Made by a program: the position numbers and the translations under genes. DNA of 64,000 nt. It comes from Candidatus Saccharimonadales bacterium (GTDB lineage Bacteria > Patescibacteriota > Saccharimonadia > Saccharimonadales > JBGSXW01). The notes beneath the pieces are model-generated. The model saw nothing but the letters and a program-made list of their open reading frames with translations, was not told the DNA's origin and ran no database searches. This document shows positions 26,527-34,833 of the stretch, piece after piece (position 1 is the first letter of the stretch; each line of letters begins with the position of its first letter). The stretch spans positions 350,591 to 414,590 of the forward strand of contig JBGSXW010000002.1 in the NCBI GenBank assembly GCA_041751215.1, given 5' to 3'.

Positions 26527-27447
26527 CTATTGATTTGCAGCTGGAGCGTCGCCGTAGCTAGCAACTACTCCCTTTTCGTCTAAGAACAAGCAGCCCTGTC
26601 CGCCCTTTAGAGTTGCGGCCGCAACCAGTGGAGCGCCGGTTACAACTTTTACTTGTCTGCCCAGGCATGGGACGCTACTACCACTTGGAAAGGCAAATAC
26701 TTCACCGTTTTTACCGAGCAGAGCATAGCCAAACTCGCCTTTGTCTTCGACTAAAATCATATCCACAATTTGCTCGTCGCTCGACAATCCAGCAACCCGG
26801 CCTAAGTCTCCGAGGTGCTCTGCGTCGCCGTAAGCATAAACAACGCCCATATTGTCGACTATCCAAAAGCCGCTACCATCGGGCAGGCCGACTGCCGACA
26901 CCGCTCGACTGTTATCGCGAGCTATTTGGTTCACTGGGTCGGGAGTTGCTAAGGGCCGCTGTTGTTCGATGTTAAAATCGTAAACTCGACCATCGGCACC
27001 AACTAAGCGATACCCTCCGGTCTGTGCGGGCACAATGTCAACAATGGGTGCTGGCGGAAAACTGCCATCAAGGCCGCCGTAGTACTCAGCCCCACCATAA
27101 CCATATACTCCACCGGTTGATGAGACTGCCCAAAAGCCCCCGGCGGATCTCGGGCTAGCCGCTACAACATCGCTAAGGGGTAGCTCGTCTGGAAAAGTTT
27201 GATCAAGTGGTGCGCCTTCTTCTGCCTGAACCTGTCCGTCTAGCGACAGCAACCAATAACCATCGTTGCTAGATGAAACTAAAACTGTAACTGGTGACGC
27301 AGGAGAGTTTGTTAAGCCAACAAAAACTAAAAAAGCCGCCAGTATAAATAAAATCGCTGCGATGGTTCGATCACGAAATCGCATTCCGTGACTTATAAAA
27401 GACATCCCCTTGCGATTGTTGCTTTGAGCTGTTTTAGTTTTGGCCAT
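26527..27447 (-). CDS. membrane-anchored exported protein with six G(Y/F)W-type repeats (probable beta-propeller)
   Basis: Signal anchor followed by six repeats: GYWLLSLDGQV, GFWAVSSTGGVYGYGGA, GYRLVGADGRVYDF, GFWIVDNMGVVYAYGDA, GYALLGKNGEVFAF, GCLFLDEKGVVASYGDA. Confidence 0.5.
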   Translation of the reverse strand: MAKTKTAQSNNRKGMSFISHGMRFRDRTIAAILFILAAFLVFVGLTNSPASPVTVLVSSSNDGYWLLSLDGQVQAEEGAPLDQTFPDELPLSDVVAASPRSAGGFWAVSSTGGVYGYGGAEYYGGLDGSFPPAPIVDIVPAQTGGYRLVGADGRVYDFNIEQQRPLATPDPVNQIARDNSRAVSAVGLPDGSGFWIVDNMGVVYAYGDAEHLGDLGRVAGLSSDEQIVDMILVEDKGEFGYALLGKNGEVFAFPSGSSVPCLGRQVKVVTGAPLVAAATLKGGQGCLFLDEKGVVASYGDAPAANQ

Positions 27448-27603
27448 TTTTGTTGTTGCCTTTATGCCTTAAGCATATGCGTAAAACCATAGCATGTCAA
27501 AGAAGAAGAGGCTGTTGTCCGATTGATAATGAACTTGAATTACTGCCGCTGGGCTCGGTAGATTCGCAGTAGTTGCGGAAGTGAGAAGTCTACGGGTTCA
27601 TAC

Positions 27604-27773
27604 TAAGACCAAAATCTGGGCGTCTACGACAAGGAAGGTGCGAGCAGCGGAAGGGTTGCTGTGCTTATTAGCACTGCGCCCTGAGCAGCGGAGCACCTGA
27701 CGCAGAGTCACAGGTGCCAGCAGCTGGGCTGCTGGGCAGTGGGACGATCGTAGCGTTCAGACTTTTGGTCTTA
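27604..27773 (-). repeat. GC-rich structured intergenic element, copy A
   Basis: A 25-bp closing helix (27604-27629 with 27748-27773) encloses at least three hairpins. The core 27630-27707 is homologous to copies B and C. There is no ORF. Confidence 0.65.
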
Positions 27774-27774
27774 C

Positions 27775-28971
27775 TTAGCGTTCGGAGGTTACGAAGGTGA
27801 GCGCGTAACCAATCCGGCCAGCTCGTCCCGCTCGTCCAATACGGTGAACATAGTCATCGTAGGTGTTGGGCTGAGAGTAGTTAACAACGTGAGTAATGTC
27901 GGCAACATCAATACCTCGAGCTGCAACGTCAGTAGCAACTAGAATCGTAATCTCGTTGGTACGGAATCGATTTAGTGCTCGCTGACGAGCTCCCTGGGTT
28001 TTTCCGCCGTGAATAGCGTCGGCTGCAAAGCCACGTGATTGTAGCTCTTTGCTAAGTCGTTCAACGCTACGCTGGGTGTCGTCAAAAACTAGAACTTTAG
28101 CAACTTTTTCGTCAATCAAGACGTCGTGGAGCTTATCGATCTTAGTCATGTTGCCCTGGTATTGGATGACGCTTTGTTCAATATTCTCGCCGGTGTCTCC
28201 GGTTCGGACCGAAACGTGCACAGGATCATTCAAGAAAGTGCGCATTAGGGCCTCGACCTTGTTGTCGATTGTGGCAGAGAAAAAGAATGACTGTCTAGGA
28301 GTTGCGAGTTCACCGAGCAGTTGACGGATATCATTAATGAATCCCATGTCTACCATACGGTCAACTTCGTCCAGAACAACAATGTTGAACTTAGAAAGAT
28401 TTAAGGTGCCGCGCTCAACGTGATCTTTGATGCGTCCTGGAGTTCCGATAACAATATCGGGGCGAGCCTTAAGGTCTCGTAACTGAGGACCCATTGGTGC
28501 TCCACCAATTAGCATGGCGCCGCGCAAGCCACTGCCAACGGCAAATGACTTACATTCATCTTGAATCTGAATAGCTAGCTCACGGGTTGGTGCAAGCACC
28601 AAAGCGTTTGAGTTGCGATCATTCATCAATTTGTTTAGCACTGGAATTGCAAATGCTGCAGTCTTACCGGTACCGGTGTTTGCGATACCAATAATATCGC
28701 GACCTTCTAGGCCGGCAGGAATCGATTGATCCTGAATTGGTGAAGGTGTTTCGTAACCTTTAGAAATAACATTGCGCTTAATAAGGTCGTTAATTTCAAA
28801 GTTGTCAAACGAGTGAGTAGCGTTATAAACGACTTCCTCAACTGGCTTAGCAGTCTTGATGAACTTACTAGGGTGGATGTATTGCTTGCCGGGACGTGAT
28901 GGTCGTCGGCTGTTAAAGCTTGATCGTCCGTTACGGGGGCGAGAGCTATATATAGTTTTTGGTCTAGGCAT
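27775..28971 (-). CDS. DEAD-box ATP-dependent RNA helicase
   Basis: Q motif, AxTGTGKTAAF, VLDEVD, SAT and HRIGRAGRAG. Confidence 0.93.
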   Translation of the reverse strand: MPRPKTIYSSRPRNGRSSFNSRRPSRPGKQYIHPSKFIKTAKPVEEVVYNATHSFDNFEINDLIKRNVISKGYETPSPIQDQSIPAGLEGRDIIGIANTGTGKTAAFAIPVLNKLMNDRNSNALVLAPTRELAIQIQDECKSFAVGSGLRGAMLIGGAPMGPQLRDLKARPDIVIGTPGRIKDHVERGTLNLSKFNIVVLDEVDRMVDMGFINDIRQLLGELATPRQSFFFSATIDNKVEALMRTFLNDPVHVSVRTGDTGENIEQSVIQYQGNMTKIDKLHDVLIDEKVAKVLVFDDTQRSVERLSKELQSRGFAADAIHGGKTQGARQRALNRFRTNEITILVATDVAARGIDVADITHVVNYSQPNTYDDYVHRIGRAGRAGRIGYALTFVTSER

Positions 28972-29149
28972 AAAAAAAGAATCCTTTACATTCGTTATTG
29001 TTTATACTCGATTGTCGGCAATGAAATCGAGTAATAGGTGTAACGAACCCGGATTCACTGAAACAATACCGCAATTATAGCACTTATACGATTAACTTAC
29101 AAGACCATAATCACAAGCGCTATGCTGCATAGAAGCTACTGGTGATATT

Positions 29150-29647
29150 ATGTATTTAATTATGACACCCTACCTAATAATCGCTGGTTTGCTCGCTTTG
29201 CCACTGTTGCTTGGCCTCTTGTTTAGAGTGGGCGCGCCGCATATCTTTTTTAGCGTGATGGCCGGCGAACTTCTGGGCCGATATTTTAGTCACGACGGAG
29301 AAGAGCTGTTGCTCGAAGCCGCAAATGACCCTCAGCTTGCCGAGTACATAGAAGTCGCAATCATCATTCTACCCCTGTTGCTTACCAGCTTCTTTTTGCG
29401 CGGATCGCTTAGTAAAAGCAAGCTTGTGCTGCACGTCTTTCCGTTTGTCATCACTGGTTTAGTGTTAGCAGCCTTTGTGCTGCCAGTATTGCCCGAATCT
29501 TTGATCGCCGAAATCAAGCAACTGCCTGTTGGAATGTATCTGTTGGAACTTAGCAATGTGATCATTGGAACAGTCATTGTGTTTCAACTTATTGCACTAT
29601 GGCTACTTAACCGCGGTAATGACAAAAAGCGCGGAAAAAAAGATTAG
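29150..29647 (+). CDS. hypothetical polytopic membrane protein
   Basis: Four to five hydrophobic helices and a basic C-terminus. Confidence 0.5.
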   Translation: MYLIMTPYLIIAGLLALPLLLGLLFRVGAPHIFFSVMAGELLGRYFSHDGEELLLEAANDPQLAEYIEVAIIILPLLLTSFFLRGSLSKSKLVLHVFPFVITGLVLAAFVLPVLPESLIAEIKQLPVGMYLLELSNVIIGTVIVFQLIALWLLNRGNDKKRGKKD

Positions 29648-29756
29648 TTTATTTAGTCCTCACCAAGTCTCATAAATCTTTATGAAGCTTGGTGAGAGAC
29701 AGAGCTTACTCGGAGTGAGTAGACATTCGGTCTCCCATATTCAGTTGTGGTGAGGG

Positions 29757-30533
29757 CTAGCAGGCGCCAGCCGTCACATGTTGGGTTGACCAGAGGCCGT
29801 TCTCGAAGGGCACGAGGCCGACGTCCTGCATGGACTCGAGTTCCATGATCGGGTCGTCGCTGACGCGGTTGTAAGCCGGCCAGGCATTGATCTCGTCTCC
29901 ACTCATGTAGACATGGGCCGAGATCGACTCGATGGTGTCCGTGACGAGGGCCTCACCGAATGCGTTGTGCACGCAGACCTCCATGCCGGTTTCCAGGTCC
30001 GCGAGAGACAAGGCTTCCGGATAGGTCGGATGCACGAGGTTGGCGGGAACACCCAGCAGTTCGATCGGCAACTCGATGCTCAACTCCCCTTCGGGAATGT
30101 TCACCAAGTTGGGATCGATCGGCGTGGCCGTCCACTTGTCGCTCTCGGCGCCCTGGAAGTACCAGCCCCAGTGGTCCGTCTCACAGTCGTAGTTGAAGAA
30201 CGCACCGTCCTCGCGCACTCGTGGATCATCGGGGAAACCGAGGAACTCGTAGTGATCGACGGTGACGCACTCCTCCTGCGGCAGCTCGCCGAGCATCTCG
30301 GCGCGGAGGCCGTAGTCGGGCAGGACGAACTCCTCCGGAACGCTGGTGGTCACCTCGAGCGGAGTCGGCGTGACCTCCACCACGTCCTCGTTGACCGGGA
30401 TTGTGACTTCTGGCGACGACTTGTCGCCATCATTCTCCGTCCAGTTCGCAATGAACAGGCCGATGCAAACTGACCACGCGACTGCGCCGAGGATGATGAG
30501 CCCCGCGGATTGACCGTTATCGTTACTTGGCAT
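29757..30533 (-). CDS. hypothetical membrane-anchored acidic protein on a high-GC cassette
   Basis: A 258-aa ORF with an N-terminal TM helix and GGAG 5 nt before the ATG. The other frames also stay open, which is typical of high-GC coding DNA. Confidence 0.6.
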   Translation of the reverse strand: MPSNDNGQSAGLIILGAVAWSVCIGLFIANWTENDGDKSSPEVTIPVNEDVVEVTPTPLEVTTSVPEEFVLPDYGLRAEMLGELPQEECVTVDHYEFLGFPDDPRVREDGAFFNYDCETDHWGWYFQGAESDKWTATPIDPNLVNIPEGELSIELPIELLGVPANLVHPTYPEALSLADLETGMEVCVHNAFGEALVTDTIESISAHVYMSGDEINAWPAYNRVSDDPIMELESMQDVGLVPFENGLWSTQHVTAGAC

Positions 30534-30711
30534 GTCTACTCCCTGTTTGTCGGATTATTACGTGAATGTGACCCTTTACCGACAGTTGTCGACAAGGGGC
30601 CACATTCAGGCTCCAACAGATGTGTAAGCTCTGTCAAAGTTCAAAAGTTAGAAAACTCCTAACTTGAAGTATATTGTAACACATCTGTACAAAAAACACA
30701 AGGGTTAGCGC

Positions 30712-31869
30712 CTACCTGTTATGTGGGGTGTCGCCAGCTTTATGGAAGGGATCAATTGCTGTATAAACAGTCTGCCTAATCATCTCGTTGTAGTAGGCAA
30801 TGTCTTGGGTTGAATTTGTATCCAAAAACAGTCGGCTTTTATTGGGATCAGGTGGTCGATAAACGTGATCGTGCAGATCCTCTAAAGGCACTTTTTCGGC
30901 CTCTTCCCTGCAATATGTGCGCCCGTACCACAACTGTTGTGTCGCCTCAACCATCTCGTCGGGCTTAATGCCGTATGCTCTCAGCACGTACGCAACATCG
31001 GGGTTCGCGGTTCCATAAAACTGATAATAACTTCCATGAAAAATCCGGTTAACTAAATCTAGTGGGTTTGACATCTCCATGTTCAGCCGATAGTCTCTGT
31101 AATCTTTGAACTCTTGCTCGGGAGCTCGATTTACTTCCAGCTCTCGCCTGCTCTGCACATAAAAGCTCGACAGGACTTCGGCGATCCCAACAAGCACCCG
31201 AAAACGATGTTCTTCTGGCAACGGCAAGTCTGTTTCTGGCACCCCCGCTATGTTTGCTGAGACAGCTAACGACAACAGGTCCCAGTCAACCCGAGGTAAA
31301 AGATGATCACCTGTGCGCCAGGCCATTCGTTTTGGCTCTCCCGCTTCGGTTTCATCCACAAACCCCTCTAGGAATCCGGTAATCGCCCGCTTTCCAACTA
31401 GCAAAACGGTAGGCTGGGTAATTTCGCGAAGAAATACATCCGGACAAGCCGATCCAAGTTCTCGTGCTTTGTTCTGATCTTTAACCACGCTCATAGGTTC
31501 GGAGGGCTCAATCAAGTCGGCTTCTGGAGGGTGAAAGCCAGCTAGGTGCCCGGAGCGATACATGTTTGCTGGCAGCAACTCCCATATATCAGAACGGTAA
31601 CTGACGCCAACACTAGTAATAACAAATGGATGTTGCGGCAGGCTTGGCTCTACGTCTTCTTGGGCCTCAGATTGCATACCAAAGTCAACTGGAGGAAACG
31701 CAGCTATTCGATAATCTCGGTAGGTAATATAACCGGCTTCGTAATTGCCAGGCTCTGCTGAGCGCATCGGGTTTTGTATTTGTTCTCCCAGGTCGTAAAT
31801 ACCGAGCACTGGCTCTTGCTCAAAGTCCGATAAGTACTCCGGTCTCTCGGCGGGAACGAATTCTCTCAT
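30712..31869 (-). CDS. hypothetical protein (385 aa, no recognised domain)
   Basis: A long ORF with no competing frame. Confidence 0.55.
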   Translation of the reverse strand: MREFVPAERPEYLSDFEQEPVLGIYDLGEQIQNPMRSAEPGNYEAGYITYRDYRIAAFPPVDFGMQSEAQEDVEPSLPQHPFVITSVGVSYRSDIWELLPANMYRSGHLAGFHPPEADLIEPSEPMSVVKDQNKARELGSACPDVFLREITQPTVLLVGKRAITGFLEGFVDETEAGEPKRMAWRTGDHLLPRVDWDLLSLAVSANIAGVPETDLPLPEEHRFRVLVGIAEVLSSFYVQSRRELEVNRAPEQEFKDYRDYRLNMEMSNPLDLVNRIFHGSYYQFYGTANPDVAYVLRAYGIKPDEMVEATQQLWYGRTYCREEAEKVPLEDLHDHVYRPPDPNKSRLFLDTNSTQDIAYYNEMIRQTVYTAIDPFHKAGDTPHNR

Positions 31870-31981
31870 CTAGCAAGTATATCTCCTGGGCCATAGGATA
31901 AACATGAGCCTGATAAAACTTGTCAGGAATAGCCAGTCAGGTTGCAAAAACAGAGGTGAAATAGTAAACTACTGCAGTTAA

Positions 31982-32058
31982 GGGCCCATAGCTCAGCCGG
32001 TTAGAGCACCTGCCTTTTAAGCAGGGTGTCCTGGGTTCGAGTCCCAGTGGGCCCTCCA
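31982..32058 (+). tRNA. tRNA-Lys (anticodon TTT)
   Basis: GGGCCCA/TGGGCCC acceptor, CCTGC-CTTTTAA-GCAGG anticodon arm, CTGGG-TTCGAGT-CCCAG T-arm, encoded CCA. Confidence 0.95.
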
Positions 32059-32095
32059 ATCTAAGAACCTGCCGTATGGCGGGTTTTTAGATTGG
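32056..32095 (+). terminator. intrinsic terminator after tRNA-Lys
   Basis: CCAATCTAA...AACCTGCC-GTAT-GGCGGGTT-TTT...TTAGATTGG, a nested stem ending in a T-run. Confidence 0.6.
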
Positions 32096-32096
32096 A

Positions 32097-32282
32097 GAGA
32101 TTTATTGCGTACTCGAACCCATGACGGCGTAGCCGTGGGTTCGTTCGTGAGGAGCTCTCGCAGAAGCTTGCTTCGAGAAAGTGACGAAACGGCGAACGTA
32201 AGTGAGCGCCCCCGGTGGGCCAATTTCAATCGCGAGCTGAGAGGGCGAGCGTAGATGCAAATTGCCCCCAGTGGGTTTTCAC
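32097..32282 (+). repeat. tRNA-trailer module D (homolog of E2) with degenerate tRNA-Lys 3'-end copies
   Basis: Hairpin CGAACCC-ATG-ACGGC-GTA-GCCGT-GGGTTCG (32114-32143). 32138-32177 matches E2 at 33/40. CCCCCGGTGGGCC (32209-32221) and CCCCCAGTGGG (32265-32275) echo the tRNA segment CCCAGTGGGCC. Confidence 0.6.
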
Positions 32283-32359
32283 TAGCTAGTGGCTCTGATC
32301 GAATGCCATGCCTCCTTCTGATATAGTAAGCTCAACTAATAATTACAAGGAATTACTAC

Positions 32360-32599
32360 ATGTTGAACTTCGGCTGGATCGATGAAAACACAGGATCTAT
32401 TCTGCTGTTAGCCTTTATTTTAGTAGTCGTATTGCCGCTTTTTCTATTGTTTGTATCAGCCAGCAAGTACGTGAGCGCGCGTAAAGCTGGCGACGTAGTC
32501 AATCAAAAGAAACATCGCACTCGACTTATTATCATTGTCTGCATAGTTTTGGCCTTAATAATTTTGAGGTCTGTGAGTATGAGATCAGCAAGTTTTTAG
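32360..32599 (+). CDS. small two-TM membrane protein
   Basis: A 79-aa ORF with an AAGGAA SD and two hydrophobic helices. Confidence 0.4.
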   Translation: MLNFGWIDENTGSILLLAFILVVVLPLFLLFVSASKYVSARKAGDVVNQKKHRTRLIIIVCIVLALIILRSVSMRSASF

Positions 32600-32655
32600 A
32601 TCCAGACTATCTAGTTACAAAACGAGCGCAATATTTGTGGTTTAATTAGACAATT

Positions 32656-33180
32656 ATGGCAGTCGACAACCAACCAACACCCGAAGCTACGGCTTCAACC
32701 GAAATAGAGCGCAAGTTTGTTATCGATGCTCTTCCTGAAGAACTAGATCTCGAGGGTTTTAAAGCCAAGAAGATTCGCCAAGGCTACCTCTCGAGCACAC
32801 CGAGTGAAGCCGTTAGGATCAGGCAAAAAGGCGATAGCTATTTTTGGACTTACAAGGCCGCTCCAACTAGCCACGCAGCCGAGCGAGTAGAGTTAGAATG
32901 CGAGATTTCCAAAGATCAGTTTGATGCTATGTGGCCAGGAACAGCCGGGCGACGTCTAGAGAAAACTCGCTACGAAATCCCCTTAGGCAAACATGGAGAA
33001 CACACTGTCGAGCTAGATATTTTTGAAGGCGATAACGATGGTCATATGTTGGCCGAAGTTGAGTTTAGCTCCACTCAAGGAGCGGATTTGTTTGAAGCGC
33101 CAGATTGGTTTGGACAAGACGTTACCGCCGATAAATCTTACGGCAACGCAAACATAGCCGAGCACGGATTTCCGAACTAG
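32656..33180 (+). CDS. CYTH-domain protein (triphosphate tunnel metalloenzyme)
   Basis: N-terminal EIERKF (ExExK) signature and size. Confidence 0.8.
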   Translation: MAVDNQPTPEATASTEIERKFVIDALPEELDLEGFKAKKIRQGYLSSTPSEAVRIRQKGDSYFWTYKAAPTSHAAERVELECEISKDQFDAMWPGTAGRRLEKTRYEIPLGKHGEHTVELDIFEGDNDGHMLAEVEFSSTQGADLFEAPDWFGQDVTADKSYGNANIAEHGFPN

Positions 33181-33320
33181 GAAGCTTAGCCTTCGGGGAA
33201 ATTTTTTGAGCCCGGATCATTCTTTAGTGCAATGGGCGATTATGAGCCGCTTATGTTTAGTGTTAAAATAAGCAAGAACTTTAAAGACTCTAAAGAGACT
33301 AAAATCAAAAGGATTAAAAA

Positions 33321-34325
33321 GTGGAAGCCTGCGAGCGTCTAGTTGACACCGGCCTAAGTCAAATTACTCTGTTATCTGTTGGTGTTTTAGTTATTAGTGC
33401 TGCCCTGGCTCTAATCTTTTTTGGTAATCGATACTCGATCAAAACTTTGGTTTTGGTAGTTGGAGTGCTCTTTAGTCTTACGTTTATATCTAGCCCAGCA
33501 ATTAGCTTCGCCCAAGCTGTTGAAGACGACTGCCCGACGGAAGTCGATAACGATGAAGGAACGGCCGTACTTTCTTTGGTTGATGACCAAGGCGTAATAC
33601 AACTCCCCGACGAAGATAGCAGCACTACCACTATATACATGGCGATCCTTAACAATGATCAGCATGAAGCCGGCGATCCAATAGACTGGGAAACCGTCGA
33701 CCTAGACCCAGATACTCCTGGGATCCAAAGCTCCATAGCTCTAATGCACCCAGACGATGAGGTTGACGACTACTACTGCGGCTCAATTACGGTCGAGAGT
33801 TTTGGCATTTTATCTGTATCATTATCCTTTAACTGCTTCGACGGAGAATTTGATGCATCATTAGAAATACCACTTGATTACACAATCGCACCGTTTGCCT
33901 ACACCGCCCAGACACTTGGGGGCACCCCTGCCACCGCTCCAGCCACCGTGACAGTTATTGTTGAAGCCGACATCGAAGCAAGTATTGTACTAGCAGAAAA
34001 TGACCACGCTTCCGAATTTGGCGATTGCGGTGTTTTTGAAAGCTTTTCATTCAATGTCTTAACAAACGACAGCACATCCGAAGGCAGTCTGGTGGCCTCG
34101 ACTGTGGACCTAAATCCATCGCGCGCAGGCGTGCAAAGCAGTGTCAATATAGTTGTTGATGGCACCGTCTTTACGGCAAGCGTAAATGGAGCTGGCCTAG
34201 TCACTGTGACAAATGTTAGTGAAAACGGCGAAGCTCCTCCGGTTTTCTTCTACACAGTCGAGAACTCAAACGGGGGTGTGTCTAACGTTGCCGCCATAAC
34301 TTGGTCTTGTGAAGGTATTTTTTGA
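33321..34325 (+). CDS. exported protein with cadherin/Ig-like repeats
   Basis: GTG start with an AAAGGA SD, an N-terminal TM/signal, and two (I/V)LxND..(E/S)G motifs typical of cadherin-like repeats. Confidence 0.4.
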   Translation: MEACERLVDTGLSQITLLSVGVLVISAALALIFFGNRYSIKTLVLVVGVLFSLTFISSPAISFAQAVEDDCPTEVDNDEGTAVLSLVDDQGVIQLPDEDSSTTTIYMAILNNDQHEAGDPIDWETVDLDPDTPGIQSSIALMHPDDEVDDYYCGSITVESFGILSVSLSFNCFDGEFDASLEIPLDYTIAPFAYTAQTLGGTPATAPATVTVIVEADIEASIVLAENDHASEFGDCGVFESFSFNVLTNDSTSEGSLVASTVDLNPSRAGVQSSVNIVVDGTVFTASVNGAGLVTVTNVSENGEAPPVFFYTVENSNGGVSNVAAITWSCEGIF

Positions 34326-34335
34326 GTAAACCAGC

Positions 34336-34833
34336 TTAGAGCTTAAAGCTAACAGGCTGCCCGACTTCGACGTTTAGCGACTCGGCTTCGCCGCCGTTGA
34401 TCTCTAACACGTAAATTATTGGCGCTGATGGTTTAAACGACTCCGGATACGTATCTGGGCTAATATTTGCATCGATATCAGCAACTTCTTTAGCCTCATT
34501 TATCCAAATAATGTCTAGGGGAAATTGCATGTCCTTCATCCAGAATCCAGGCTGGGCCGGAGATTCGTAAATAAAGAGCATACCCGTGCGCGGTTCTAGC
34601 GACGGTCGACCACTTAGTCCGGTGGCACGTTTTTCTGGAGTATCGGCAACTTCAAGATTTATGCGCTGATCATTAATTGTTAGATACGGCTGTTCGGTCT
34701 CTTTACTCAAACCAAAAAAAGCGGCAAAGCCAATGCAGAGTAAAACAGCAACAATACTAATTATTACTGCTAATTTATTATGGAAGATCAAAGGTATTTT
34801 TGATCGCTGCAATGGTGTCTCGGCCTTTGGCAT
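34336..34833 (-). CDS. DUF192-family exported protein
   Basis: GMLFIY...MKDMQFPLDIIWI matches the DUF192 core. It has an N-terminal TM helix. Confidence 0.65.
   Translation of the reverse strand: MPKAETPLQRSKIPLIFHNKLAVIISIVAVLLCIGFAAFFGLSKETEQPYLTINDQRINLEVADTPEKRATGLSGRPSLEPRTGMLFIYESPAQPGFWMKDMQFPLDIIWINEAKEVADIDANISPDTYPESFKPSAPIIYVLEINGGEAESLNVEVGQPVSFKL

Noticed and set aside
27540-27775. Whether the GC-rich elements A, B and C (also 47190-47394 and 60541-60729) are RNase P RNA, tmRNA, SRP RNA or 6S RNA.
   Set aside because: No GAGGAAAGTCC/ACAGAA(N)CCGGCTTA P4 strands were found. There is no tRNA-Ala-like acceptor with a tag ORF. There is no GGAA-tetraloop SRP domain IV with AGCA. The multi-branch fold is unlike the single long bulged helix of 6S. 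Three paralogous copies also argue against these single-copy RNAs. An Rfam scan is still needed.
29913-30473. Track ORFs 29913..30473(+), 29960..30196(+) and 29953..30135(-) inside the high-GC gene.
   Set aside because: These are Arg/Gly/Pro-rich translations typical of off-frame reading of high-GC DNA. The 258-aa minus-strand frame has an SD, a TM helix and a sensible composition.
32017-32229. Track ORF 32017..32229(-).
   Set aside because: It is antisense to tRNA-Lys, its terminator and trailer module D, which makes it spurious.
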